DNA from: Raillietiella orientalis
Lineage: Eukaryota
Assembly (NCBI GenBank): GCA_036172245.1
Contig: JAYWIR010000013.1
Location: 3,534,001-3,598,000, forward strand
DNA: 64,000 bases
Direction: 5' to 3'
In this document: positions 47,001-59,900 of the stretch, piece after piece
Layout: the number at the start of each line of letters is the position of its first letter
Position numbering within the stretch: position 1 is the first letter of the stretch
Translations under genes and position numbers: made by a program
The notes under the pieces: model-generated
The model's input: only the letters and a program-made list of their open reading frames with translations
The model's database searches: none
What the model was told of the DNA's origin: nothing

Positions 47001-50000
47001 CGCCGGTGGGTGTTGGGCGGGCACCGCCGCGGATCGAGCCTTCCACCTCCAGAGGTGGCGCGCATCGCATCGTCCGTCGTCGTCGTCACAGCAACATCTC
47101 CTCCCTCCGTCCATTCTTCTTCCTCTCCTCCTCCTCCTCCCTCCCTGTCTCCCGATCAGGATGTGCTGCGTCTGGAGGTGCGCCGCGACGCACATCTCCG
47201 GGAGATTTGTCGATTCCGTCCGCTGCAGGGCTCGCCCTTCCGCTCGTCCGCGTGGCCGTGGCAACAAGACAAGGAATATGCCTGAAAACAAAAAAAAAGA
47301 AAAAAACAATCCAAACGGAGAGGGAGAGAAGTGAGGAAGACGAGGGGGAGAGAGTGCACGCCATTCCCCATCGCTCGAAGGGCTGCCCGTCGCGGGTCCG
47401 CGTCGCCTGCAACGCTCCCGCGCGCCTCGGCGGAGCAGCCCGGCAACGGAAAGTCAACACGAGGGGGAGACGGAGGAAGGGTCATCACATCCGGGAGCAG
47501 GGGATCCCGGGGTCTTCCGCGAGCCAAGAGCGTGCGGAAGACCCTATCCCTATCCGCCTCTGCGCGGATGTCGCAGCGGATTGTCGGCAGGGCAAGAGGG
47601 GTGCCCTGTGGCGATTGCGCGGCCGTGGTCCTCTTCGCGTCCCTCTTCTCCTTCCCCTCCCCTTCGTCCCGGAGACCAAAGAAGAGGGTCCTCGGCCGGA
47701 TCTTCTGAAAGGAACGAAGGGGAAGGGCTGGAGGAACGAAAGAGGCAATCCGTTCGGGAGAAGGAGGGGAGGAGGCGCAGCATCGAGGCCGTTGCGGGTC
47801 GCTCGGAAGGCCTTCCCTCGGGCAGGCGACCAGGACAAGTACCGTGGGAAGGACCAGAGGCCGGCAAACTACGTCGCCAGGTGACAATCGATGAGAGCTT
47901 GCCCGTAGCCAATCCCCCTTGCCCGTGAGAGGAGGCACGGCGACCGCAAGCCAAGGAGGCGATCCGCCACGAAGATGTGGCCTTCTTGGGGCAGATGATG
48001 ATGCTGAGGATGTGACTTGCATCTCAACGGTAGGTCAGCATTGAAAAACGATAAAAAAGATGAGGGTGAATGCATAGCAGCAGCAATCGCATCTCACTCC
48101 GCGATCTTCAACATCAGACAACATTTTTGCAATTTCTTTTAAGGCTTTTTTTTTTGCCTCCTTGTGGATCCTTAGCAATGCGGAGCACGGGTGTGCATCT
48201 CCGCACAGTGTGCTGATACTGTGACAAGCAGCAAAAATAACGACTCTGACCCAAACATCTCGGTGACCTGGGCGATGGTTCGCGCGATGCTGACTCAGTC
48301 TTTTGGAGTTTCGAATGATCTCTTCGCTGCAGGAGGCGAGAAGCTCGCCGAGGAAGGTCTCTTGGCAACGGCCCCGTGCTGCTGCTGGGTGTCTGCTGGC
48401 ATCACTTTTAAGGAAGGGAAAGAGGAGGAAGGGCGCAAGGGAGGAGGAGGAGGGATAAACATTTGGAGGAAGTTCGCCAAGATGGGCAGCCACTTCGCCG
48501 CAAGATCCACCTTGGGTGCGCCCGACACGGCGAGATCGATTTGCTCGAGGGGGCCCCAATGACCACCCGAACAAGCGGGAGGATTCCGCTTCTTGCAAGC
48601 TGCTAGACTTTCACCCCCCTTCCCGCAACGATCTTCTGCCCGTACCTCGACTCGTATGCTCAGAAGGGTTTGACCAGGGCGCCGAGGAGGGGCAGATGAT
48701 TTCTTCCTCTCTTCCGAATTTTCATCTGACGGCGGATGCGGCGGGGATGAAGCAGCAGCAGGAGGATTCGAAGGTACCCGGCAATCTTCTTGACGTAACG
48801 TTAGCGGCTTAAGAGGAGAGTGCTGACATCGGAGGGAAGCGGAGGGAATTTTTAATCCCCCCCCCCCTCTTCTCTCCACGATGAGTAACCACAGTCCTCG
48901 GAGTTTTCGTCGAGGGCTACTGACGCTCTTCTCACAGTCGAGGACCTCGTACTTGCTGTTGCTCCCTACAGAACACCGAAGGTCTTGGCTGAATGCCCTC
49001 CCGTTCGATCCGAACGTTCTCGCGCCGCTTTGAATGGCGCCGCAGCTCAGTCTCGCTCTAGAGGAACTGCACAGGCGCGCCAGAAACGCGGAAGTGAATC
49101 CCTGTGGGTGAGGCGCCGGACGGGCGGTGGTGGGCGGGCGCGGAGTGGCCGGACCCACTGCTGCCCTGAGCCGTGCGCGACGGAGCCCGTCGGGCCGAAG
49201 AGAAACGGGAGGCAGCCGGAGAAGAAGCGACGAGGAAAAGCGGAAGGCAAAGAGTCACCGGAAGCAGCGGGGCTGCGAGGAACACGGCGGAGCCTGCAAA
49301 GAACGAGCGGCCTTGCTGGGCGGCAACCGTGCACTCCAGACACATGGGTTGACACGGAGACTGCCTGGAAGAGGGAATGGAACTAGCGAAGGACTTCCAT
49401 GACCACCACCTCGCGCCGACGAGCTCAACGCGCTGGACCTGTTCGAAGGGGCAGCTCACCGCCTCCTCCCAAACACTCCCTCCCTCCTCGTCGGGTGGAG
49501 GTCGCTCGCCCCTCCCTGCGTGCCTTTAGCCAGCCACGGATGCCTCCGGGCGCTCCTCGCGGCTCCGATCCTTCGTGGCAACCGGATACTGCGGAATAGA
49601 AGGGGGGGGGGGGTCGGCGGGGCACCAGAGAAAGCAAAAATGCAGCCCTGGGCTGCAGAGACTGCGTCAGGGTGACCGAAAACGCTACCCCCTCCTGATC
49701 TGTCCGCAACGCTGGACTTGCGCGGGTTTTCGCACGAGGGCAGCATCAGCGCCTGGAAGGGTGCAGTCGCCTTCTCGCTAGCCCGGAGCACTAGTCCGGA
49801 GGAACGGCCCGCGAGCTTTCGGGGACTCGCAAAAGATAGGAAGCTGGAAGAGGAAAAGGAAGGACAGCAGAGGTCAGGTCACAGAGACATCTGCAGCAGC
49901 GGAGGGTCACCTCAGAAGCAGAGGAAGTTGGAAAGGCGCCCGCCGCCTCTCCAGAAGATCGCGGTGACCTGTGACGATCGGGTCCGCGGGGAAGCGGCTG

Positions 50001-51942
50001 GGCAGAGTCGGGCGCGAGTGCGGGAGAGGAGAAGGACGCCTTCCGAGGGCAAGACGCCCTGCAGCGGAAGAGGGGGCGACCACTTCTCCATATGCGCGAC
50101 CAGGTCAACTCGCTCTTCGTCCTACGGAGAAGTGGCCTGCCCTCTTTCTACCCCCCGGGGGATATCCGCCTGCCCGCAAAGCGGAGAGAGCGGGTGGGGA
50201 GGGTCACGACGGACGGCGGCACCGCAGCGCGATGATCGCGACCCCAGCGAGCGCTTGGGAGGAAGGGGTGGGGAAAGGAGGGAAGAGAGGGGGTCATCTT
50301 CCGTGCTCTCCACAGAAACACGCGTCCGCGGAGCGATCCGGGGAAGGCGCCTCCCCGATGGGGCGCAGAGAGGTGCCTCCTTCCCACGAGGGGGTTGGCG
50401 CGCGGCAAGAGGTCGGTCGCGCGGGACCTGGTCAAGGATGGCGCGACACCGTCAGGGGCGCTGGAGGCGACATCAGGAAGGCCGCGGAGGAACACGTGAA
50501 AGGCGGTGACCTGCAACAGTGTCCAACGGGCAGCTCTGCGGAGGCAACCGCCGCGACCCCAGCAGGTGCATCCCGGAAGAAGCACCGAAATCGGGGCAGA
50601 CCCGCAGTCCCGCAGGACGCTCTCGGGCTCGCGGACCGCTGGAAGCCAGACAAGAGGAGGTTTCCCAGGCAACCGAGGACCCCGCCTGGCGGCCGGCGAA
50701 CGGACCCACCCTCCTCGGCACCACTGCGCGCTCCGCGCGCGCTCGTGGTTTCCGGTTCCCGAACGGTTAGGGAGCCACCTCCCAGCTTTCCCGCCCTTCG
50801 CTCCGTCCCGCTCTTCATCCCCCCCAACCACCCCTCCCCTGTTTCTCAGGAGACTGGGAGCAGCCGAACCACCTTCGGTTCCGTGAGGGCCGACGACGAG
50901 AGCGGGCAAGAGGCGCCCCCAAGCGCGCGTCCGCGAGAGACGTTCGCTGCCGCTCCCGAGGTCGCTGCCGCTGCGTGGGTGGTCGCCATCGGCTACTGCC
51001 GCCGCGAGCGCGTCGACCAGGCGTTCCCTGCGACAGCAACGACGACGATTGGAACCCTCTCCCCCTCGGGGGCAGGTGAGGAACGGTTCCCGCGCAGCTT
51101 CCGGCAGACAGTGCCCTGCTCGCGACCTCCGGAGGCGCCCACCGGCTCCGCCTTTCCGAGACTTCGCCCGACGCGTCTTCCCCCCCTTCGCGTCCCGGCG
51201 GGAACGGGAAGGTGGGAGGGAGAGACACCAGGAAGAGCGCCTTGCGCGAGGCCGTTTTGTCCCCACGCGCGCTCCCCGAGGGGAGGAATTGGCAGGGCGC
51301 ACGGGTTCCATCCTGTCCCTTCGCTGGAAGATCCCTCTCGTTCCGACCTTGCGGCAGCGAAGCCGGCCGACCGGCAGAGAACCTCTGGGATGAGTGGGGT
51401 GGTCCTGGGGGTAATAGAAAAGAAGAGGAGAAGGCGGCAGGAACGAAGAGCGGCGCGGGAGGCTGAGAGTCTTCCAGCGGCAGTCGCCCCCCTTCCTCCC
51501 CTCCGCCCTTAGTTCCTTGCCCAGGGCTGCACAGTCGCCTTCTTCCCCTGCCGGCTCGGCCCACCACGTTTCCTCCCGGCTTGCCCGCAGAGCCGCGGAC
51601 TGGCGGCTGATTTTCGCACGCGGACGGGCACCGGAGCCGGGAGGGGCGGAGTCACCTCGAGCGGCTGCACGCCAGCCCAGAGGAGTGGCCCGCGAGCTTC
51701 CGCCGGTTTCCCGGGCAGGGCAGCGTGCGCGTGCGAAAAACAAACAAACAAACCATCTGCTCTCCTCACGGTGTCCGGGATCCATGGCGGCGGGAGGTAG
51801 TACGCGCGTTAACCTGCGCCTGGGGTGGACAAAGTGCCCACTGACTGACTCTAACGGCGAGAGAGCCGTTGTTTCCCCCCGCTCCCCTCCTCTTCAGACG
51901 AGAACCGCGATCCTTTGCGTTGCTTACAAATTCTCCCGCTAG

Positions 51943-52347
51943 ATGACTCGAGCGAGTGAGGGCTCAGATGTATGAGTTCATCAGCTGATTCCATCTCCTC
52001 CACAGACCGAGAAACTGTCGCTGCGCCCGCGTCTAAAACCTCCGCTCGTCCCTCCCACCACCACCACCACCACCACCACACGTGCGATCCGGTGCTTCCA
52101 CTGATTGCCACCATCGGCCGGAATGGACCAGGACTCGGGAGATCAGAAAACACAGAGTGCAGTAAACGAGATTACCGGGAAAGACAATTAAAAAAGGGCA
52201 CTGATGCAATGCGATCAGCGAAAAATCCTAATCTCAAAAGCAGCCATGGAAACACAGTGGTTTCAGCAAGGAAGATACAGAATCCTTTGTTTTCACCAGA
52301 TTATTTGGGGCTTTCGGCTTCGAGCGAACTAGCCAATTTGGGAGCCG
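51943..52347 (+). CDS. Candidate exon(s) with a poly-His tract
   Basis: Lower-GC open frame (RETVAAPASKTSARPSHHHHHHHH...SSELANLGA) ending at donor GTACGG. It is preceded by TAG|ATG at 51943 and a possible ~50-nt GTGAGG..CACAG intron. Confidence 0.3.
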
Positions 52348-52610
52348 GTACGGGGAAGGAGGGACGGAAGGGGGGCGGGGGCGATGGGAAGCGCAGGTCG
52401 TCCAGCGAGGGCGAACCACCGTGGCGCTCAGCTGAGCCACCGTGACGCTCAGCAGACGTAACAATGCTCGCGTGTCGACGGCGGCGCGCGCGTGATGCGC
52501 AGTGACGCTCTGCTGCTGCCAACGACGCACATTCGGAAAAGGCGCTGCTGACGCGCGGTCCGTCGCACGCAGCCGCTGCAGCAACTTGGAATTTCACTCC
52601 GCTGGCTTTG

Positions 52611-52635
52611 CTCTCTCTCTCTCTCTCTCTCTCTC
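52611..52635. repeat. (CT)n microsatellite
   Basis: Direct reading. Confidence 0.9.
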
Positions 52636-55600
52636 GCGAAACGCACGCAAGTGGTTTCTAGGACGCCAGCGTTCCGTCGGTCGAGGGCTTCCTGCCGTGT
52701 GGGGAGATAACCTCCCCGTTTCATACGACGAAACGCGGAAAAGACACGTTTCCTTGGGAAGCGAGAGAATTTCCTGCACGGAGACATCCAGGCGGCGCCT
52801 CAATAGACGAAAGGCACAGATGTGCGTGCGTGCGTTTATCACGGGCCGTCTCCTTGGCGGCGCAATGCCTGGCGTCGGGGCATCCGAACTTGGTGCTCGG
52901 TTCCGCCGCTAGATGCCCCTAGCAAGCGGCGTTCCCGATCATCTCCTGCGCGCCCTCCCTCGATTCCTTTTCTGGCGCTCATTACTTGCCGAGCTGTTTC
53001 CTTTTCCTTTGTTTCCTGGCATGGTTTCGGGATGGGTGTCGGGGATGGGTTTTCTGGAGCCCGGGACGTCCGGCCGGCAGATCCAACGACTCGCGTGCAC
53101 CACCGTCTCCCTTCATCTGACGACTCGCGCGCGGGTCTTTTCGGGACTGCGATCCAACGGGAGGGAGGATTCGACTCGGGACGGCTACCGCAAGGACGGC
53201 TGTCATCGCACGGGAACGCTGGAACGGAAGGCACCAAGCAGTCTGGCGAGTGCACTGGAAGAGCGGGGGGACGCTTCCTGTGGCCGACACGGTCGCCCAC
53301 GAAGCGCTGCTGCTGCGCCGGCGCGGCGACCCTGCGCTCCGCCCTGGCGCCACCAGCACCTCGTCGCCGGCTCACCGAGGTTCGGCGTCGGTTTGCTGCC
53401 CGGGGCGCACGCACAACCGCCACGACCGTCCCGCGGGACATACCGGTTCGCCGCCCTCCTGTGCGAGGAAGACGGCCTTGACGGTGACGTCATCCCCACG
53501 GCGCCCCCGCCCTCTCCTGACTCGCGGCGCGCGACACCTGCGCAGGCTGCCGCAGGCACCCCTCCCCCGCGACCCTCTCCGGGAGGCGGCGGCGGCAGCG
53601 GCGGCGGCCGCGAGTTCCTTGGCTTGGGGACGGGCGCGATGCTGCCAGTGCTGCGACCTGCGGACACCCCGGCAGGTGGCAGCGCTCGCGTGGCGCGGCA
53701 ACCCTCGCGGGTTCCTGCCCGCCGCCTCGGCTTTCCTTCCGTTCTTCCTTCCCGTCGCCATGGCGCCCCGTCGCGGACAGCCTGCCTGCCAATTTGGAAG
53801 CCGACATGGAGAGGAACGGAGAGGAGGGCTGGTGGAAAGCGGAAAGGGCGAACCGCCCCCGCCTTCCCCGGATGCCCGCTTCGTGGGCTGCCCCCGCAGA
53901 CCGAAGGAGGGCAGCCCTGACGCAGGAAGCGCGCGCCGCTTTCCCTAAGAACCTGGGGGAAGGAGGGAAGGCAAAGGGACCGACTGACCCGGACTGACCC
54001 GCCCTGCGAGCGAGCGCGTTCCGGGGCACGGGTTGACCCTTCGACCTTGTGCGCCCTTACCGCGCGCGCGCGCGCGGGGCGGATGGCGACGAAAACGCGG
54101 CCAATTCCCCGCCAGGGAAACGGAGAGAAGGCCCGCATCTTCCAGGGAGACGGGGGTTGCGCCTCCGCGCCCGCTGTCGCCGCCGCCGCCGCCGCCGCCA
54201 GAGGGCTCGAGGGGCGCGGGCACCTGTGGAGGCGGCGTCCGCATCCGCGAGCGCCCTGCGCACGCTCCGCGGGGATTACCCCGTCCCCCACGGCTGGAGC
54301 ACAATGGGGGGACCCTCGCGGGGGCCAGTAATCCGGTCAGGTGGGGCCGCGCGCGCGGAAGCGTCCGTCCGCGCGTGCGCGGGGAGATCCCCCCTCCCCC
54401 TTTCTTCTCCTCCTCCCAGGGCTCGCGCAGTTGCCACGGGAACGTCCCCCCCCTCCCGTCCTCTTCCGGGAAGAAGGGGGGGAGGAAGGGCAACGGGTCG
54501 CGGCGGGGACTGCCTCTTCCCGCCCCCTCGCGGCGTTTCCGGGGATCTTGCGCCTGCAAAGGCGGTGAGGGCAGATCCGGGGGTGGATCGCACGCCCCCG
54601 TTCGGGGAGCGGACGCTGGGAACGGGGGGGGGGGAGGGCCGCGCTCCCGGTCCTCTTCGGAGGAGCAGCAGCGTGCCGCCCTCCCACTTGAGCGGCGGCG
54701 GGAGCGCCTTTTCAACAGCCCTCGCTCCGCGGGTGATGGAGGAGGCGGTTGCCGGGCAACGGGGGCCACGGTGGGAACAAATTAATCCCGACGGTCTGGC
54801 GGGGATCGACCTCTCCTCGGATAAAGGGGGAAGCGCGCGAGGCGAGGGGAGAGCCGGGAGCGAGGGGGAGAGGAGGAAGGGGGGGGAGGGAAAACGCAAA
54901 CAGGGAGAGGAGGAGAGCCGAGGGCAATAAACACGCAATAATGGGGGATAAGCCGCAGGGAACATCTGGAACCACGTGACGCGCGCGCCGCCAGGGGATG
55001 ACGTCACCAGCAACGCCCCCCCCCCTCCCCCCGATTCCCCACGGTCGACGCGTCCTGCGGATGTGCGAGGGAGGAGAACGGCGATGGTCTCGAAGACACG
55101 AGCGCGCGGGATTGACGGTGGGGGTAAGGGAAAGCGCGCGCGCCTACCCCCCCTACCCCTATCCCCTGCCGTCTCGGCTGAAGGCGCCTCGGAGACCAAA
55201 TATTTGCCGACCCGCCACCGCCGCCGCCCCGCCCTTTGTTTGCACGCCGCCCGCCCCGTCCTGACACGTTCGGCTGCCGCGCGCTGACGGATGGACCAGG
55301 TGTGGTCCTGCTCGGATGGGAGAGGACGGAGGCTGCGGGCGCAGGGAGGGAAGTAGCGGAAGAAGGGGGGGGGGGGCGGGAAAAAAAACATCGACTCGAG
55401 GGCGCTCGGCGACCCCGGCGGGCACGGAGGACGCGGCTGGGGCTGCCTTAGGGGAGCTCCGTCCGCTACTCTTCTTCCTCCGGGACGCCTCGGGCGGCCG
55501 ACGGGTGCGCCGCCACCGCGAGAGCGGGCGTTCGCTCCGCGGGACGCAACGCCCGCCCTGCGAGGAAGAGAACCCTCCTCGTTGCCGGGAGACGCGCGCC

Positions 55601-56999
55601 TCTGTCCCCCCGGAGAGATGGATCAGGGACTCGGGAGAAGGGGGGAGGATGGGCCCTGCCGGAGCTGAGGACGCTCCAAGGCATGGCGGGGTCAAAGGAC
55701 GACCCCCTCTCCGCCTTTCCCTCCTCACGCAGCGCCCCCCGAAACGGACGAGAGTGACGAGTCCACCGCTTCCAGGGGAGCGCCGCCGCAATCGTCAAGG
55801 AAACAAGAGTCAGGAGGAGGAGGAAGAGGAAGGAGGGAGGGGGACGGAAGAGGCGCAGCACCCACGCTTCCACGCCTTCTCTCCCCCCACCCCACCCCCG
55901 TCCTCTGCAAGCCAGGGAGGGGTCTTTCCTTTTGCTCCTTCTTCCTGACGACGAGAAGAGCGCGCGACCGTCAGATAGGAAAGGCAAAGGCCACTCATCG
56001 CGGAACGGAAAAACGGGGAGGGGAGCGTCGACCCCCTCTCCCCTCCGCCTCGTTAGCGCCGCAGCTCGCATCCTCCCCGTTCCCGCCACGTCCCTCGCCT
56101 CCGAGCGGTTGCCTGGGAGACCGCTTCCCAGAAGCTTGAGGAGCGATTTCTCGCCCGCGAGGGGAAAAGTCGAGGGAGGAGAAGCGTCGCTCCGGGGGGC
56201 CGCGCGAGGGGGATGTCGGGAGAGCCCCGGGCGGCCGCGAGACATCCGCAGCCTCGGGGGAGCTCCCCATCTCGCCGACAGGAAGTAGCGACCGCGCTGC
56301 CCCCGCGGAGGCACCCCTCGCACAACCCTTCCGGACGTCACCCCTCCCGACAGCGACCGAAAAAAGGATGCGGAGGCCCCTCTTCTGGGCTTCCCTCGTC
56401 CACGCGCGACACCCCCGCGGGCAGCCGTAAGACCGCGCCGGGTTGGGGGGCGCCTCCGGAACTCCCGAGTGCGAGGAGGTCCCTCCGCAGGCCTGCAGAT
56501 CACCGAGGGCCCCAAGAGGGAGAGGCCGCTTTAGGCCCCCTCGGAGGAAGAACAGGGACTCCGGGAAAGCGAACTGGGGGGAAGCTGCTCTCCCGCTTCT
56601 CTTCTGCCCCCCCCTCCTCCCGCCTTAGGGGGCGGTGCGGAAGCTGCCTCCGCAGCAGGGGTAAGAGCTTACTCTGGCTCGGTGCCTTGGATCTTCCCCA
56701 GTGGAGAGAAGGTGGACAGGGAGGAGGCCCTTCGTCAGCGAGGCAGGCGGGGCGGGGCTGCCGGGACGCTCCGCCCTGCGGGGAGCGCCGGGACTGCCTG
56801 CCTGCGGGCGGGTCGCGAGGATCGTTGCCGCCGCCGCCGGAGGTCACGCAAGCGCCCGCCCTGCCAAAGGGTCCCGGCGCTAGAGAGCACCCCCTGCACC
56901 CCACCCACCCCCAACGCCGGCAAGGCAGGGTCTAGGGTGCCCTCCGTCGAGCCCTCGCTCCCTGAGGAGCAGGGCGGGCGCCCCCCACCTAGGGTCGGA

Positions 57000-59900
57000 A
57001 AAAGTCGGGGAAGGAGTCTGCCTGGGAGCCTGCAGTGGTCACCGGGGATCGCCGACCTCCCCAGAGGACGTGGGCTGCGAGAGCTGCAGTGGCACGGAGA
57101 AAGGTGCGAGGAGGCCCTTCGTGCCCTTCCGCGCCTGCCAATCCGAACACTACCTGGAGCCCCAGGGCACCTGCCCCTTGACCCACCGCCACTCGCGAGG
57201 GAGATAAGTCGCGCAGCGGGAGAAGCTGCGGCAGCGGATGACATCCCGGTACGAGGCCTCCCTTTCTCCCTTCTTATCTTATCGAGCCCGGGCGACCTCT
57301 TCCCGAGGCGTCCCGGACAAGCTGCGGGAAGGGCGGGAGAAGATGAGGGAGAAGAGACGACGAAGAGGGGGGAGAGGAGAAGGAAGACGCGGACTGTCCT
57401 TCTCGGAGAGACCGTCCCCCTCCCCCCCAGTTGGAGAACCCACCGGAAGGTCGTTCGCGGCGAATCCCCTCCTCCGACCCCTTCCTCGAATACCCGGTTC
57501 CCCGCCGACCGGCCTCGGGTCCGCCTTTGGCTTCAGGGAGGTGCGGTCCTGTCCCGCCTGGCCTATAAACCCCACGGGCAAGACCTCGTGTTCCACAGAG
57601 TCCTTCTCCGGGCCGAGTCCCCCTCCTTGGTCTCGCTGCTTGCCTCCTTGTCCTCCCACGTGAGGGCCCGGAACAAGGCGGCGCCGGACACCGCGCGGAG
57701 GATACGCGGACCTTCTCCTCCCCCCTTTCCTCCGGTGGGAGATCCACCCAAGGGAGGGGTGAAAAGCCGACCGAAGGTCTTCGTCACCCGGAAGGGCTGG
57801 TCAACCAGAGCAGCAACTGCAAGGGGGGTTGCCGTCCGCTGTACCTCTCGTGCCCGCGTTGTTTTTTCCGCCCCCCTCGCGCTGAGGAGAGCGGGATGCT
57901 CCCCCCTCGCGAAACCTGGAGGGCGCAAAGAAGGAGCACAAGCGGAGACCGCGCGCCCCTACCGAGGACCAACCGGAGAGCGCTTCCTCTCCCAGGCGCC
58001 ATCCCCTCTCGCCAGGAAACCCTTCCCGTGTCTCCTCCCTCCCCTTGCTGCATCCCGTCCGGGCATGCACCTCGGTCGGCGCAACCCCGGGTTCCCTCCT
58101 CCTCCCTACCCAGGCCGTGCCCTCCCCGAGTCGTTCACCTTGACAACGTGCACGGGCGAATCGCGCGCGCGCGCCGCCGAAACGAATCCGCCCGTGGTCG
58201 AGCAGAGACACTGCTGAGCTGGTTCTTCTTGCGCACCTTGGCGGACGCGCCCCCTGCCGGCGCACCACGGAGACGCAAGGCCAAAGGGAGCGACCAGTTC
58301 CCAGTGAAGTGGAACGGGGAAAACTTCTTCCTTGTCCTTCCTCAGAGCGCCCTGGACGTCCTCTAGCAACGGACGCTCCGCCGACAGACGTCCAACCGCC
58401 ACCCCCACGGCAAGTCCCTCGGTTGAGAACGAGGAACTCCTCCTGAAAGCGGATGGTGGGCGCATCTGTGCTCGCGAGGGTCCACTTCCGAAACCGAAGA
58501 GGTGGCGCTGTGATTCGCGCGTTCGAGTGAGGTGCAAGGAAGAGTAGCACCTCCAAATTTCGAATTTTCTCCTGCCTTATTCTCCTTCCTGGTCCACCTC
58601 CTCCTTCCAACACGAACGCCTTCAAGTCCTTCTACCAGCACCTCTTCGAGTACCGACACCCTCGATTCCTTCTTCTTCTTCTTCTTCCTCGTCCGTCTCC
58701 TCATTAAAGCACCTCTTCAAGCACCGTCACTTCTCCTTTTCCTTCCTCGTCCGCCTCCTCCTTCCAGCGCTTCTTCAGCTACTGCCACTTCTGTTGCTGT
58801 TTTCTTTTACTGGTCCGATTCCCATATTCTTCGGGGTTCAGAAACAGGGTCGGAAATAGAATTTTTGTTTCGACGAAAGGGAAGAGGCTGTCCTTCCGCC
58901 ACAAGGGTGGACGGACCTTCTGGTCTCCGGATCTCGAAGACGCAGCCAGCGCAGCCTTTCTGGTGGCACCGAGGACGGGGGCAGCAGCGTTCGGCGCGCT
59001 TTCTCTGCGCGCTCGGGCAGGCGCGCGGCGACAGCGCGGAGGCCCGGGGTGAAGAGCATGTGTGTGGGGTCTTCCGCTGGTCGAGGCCAAAGGCGCCCGC
59101 GTGGTTCCCTTGAGAGCAAGGAGTGGCCAGGCGTGCAGAGATGCTCTCTGCGCGAGCCACGAGGGCCGGACGTGGCGCCTCCTCCGAGGGAGGGAGCGGC
59201 ACGGAGGGAGGTGGGGTTCTGCTGGTCGGCCATCTTCGATAGACGCCGCGGGCGGCCCGGCTTCCTCGATTCCGCGCCTGCCTTTCGCGACGCTTCCCCC
59301 TGCGGTCACGCAGCGCTCTCCGCAGAGTCAACACTTGGCCTCGGTGTCCGGGCGCTGTGTACACACGGGCGGCCCTCCCCGCTGGCTCGGCGCCTCGCGC
59401 GTCTCTCCTTCGGCCGAGGACGGCATGTTGGCGAGAGGAATGCGGCCGCCTCTCGCGTCCACCCCCGCCCCTTCTCATCTTCCCATCCTCCCTGCCTCCT
59501 CCCTCCCTCCCTCTTCCGTTCTACCGCTGCGCCTCGCTCGCAGCTCAGCCAGCCCCGTCCTGGGGGAAGGATGGGGGAGGGAGAATTCCGACCGCGGAGC
59601 GAGGGGGGAGGGTACGCCGCCAGCAGAGAGAGGAGCTGCCCTCGCCACCCTCGGGATGCGAGGGAAGTCAAGCGTCCGGAACGCGTCGGGGATGCACGCG
59701 CGTACATCCCGTTCCCGCTGCTCCCGCGAACGGCCCCAGAGAAGGCGATCCGAAATCCCGTGCCCACTGACCCGTCTGAGAGCACAAGGAGGGATCCCCC
59801 GGAGCGAGAAGGCCGGAGGGAGGCGGTCATAAACCTGCCGCTGGCCGTCGTCGCCCACCCTCCCGCCCGAGCGCGGCTCGGACCCTCCGACCTGGCGCGC

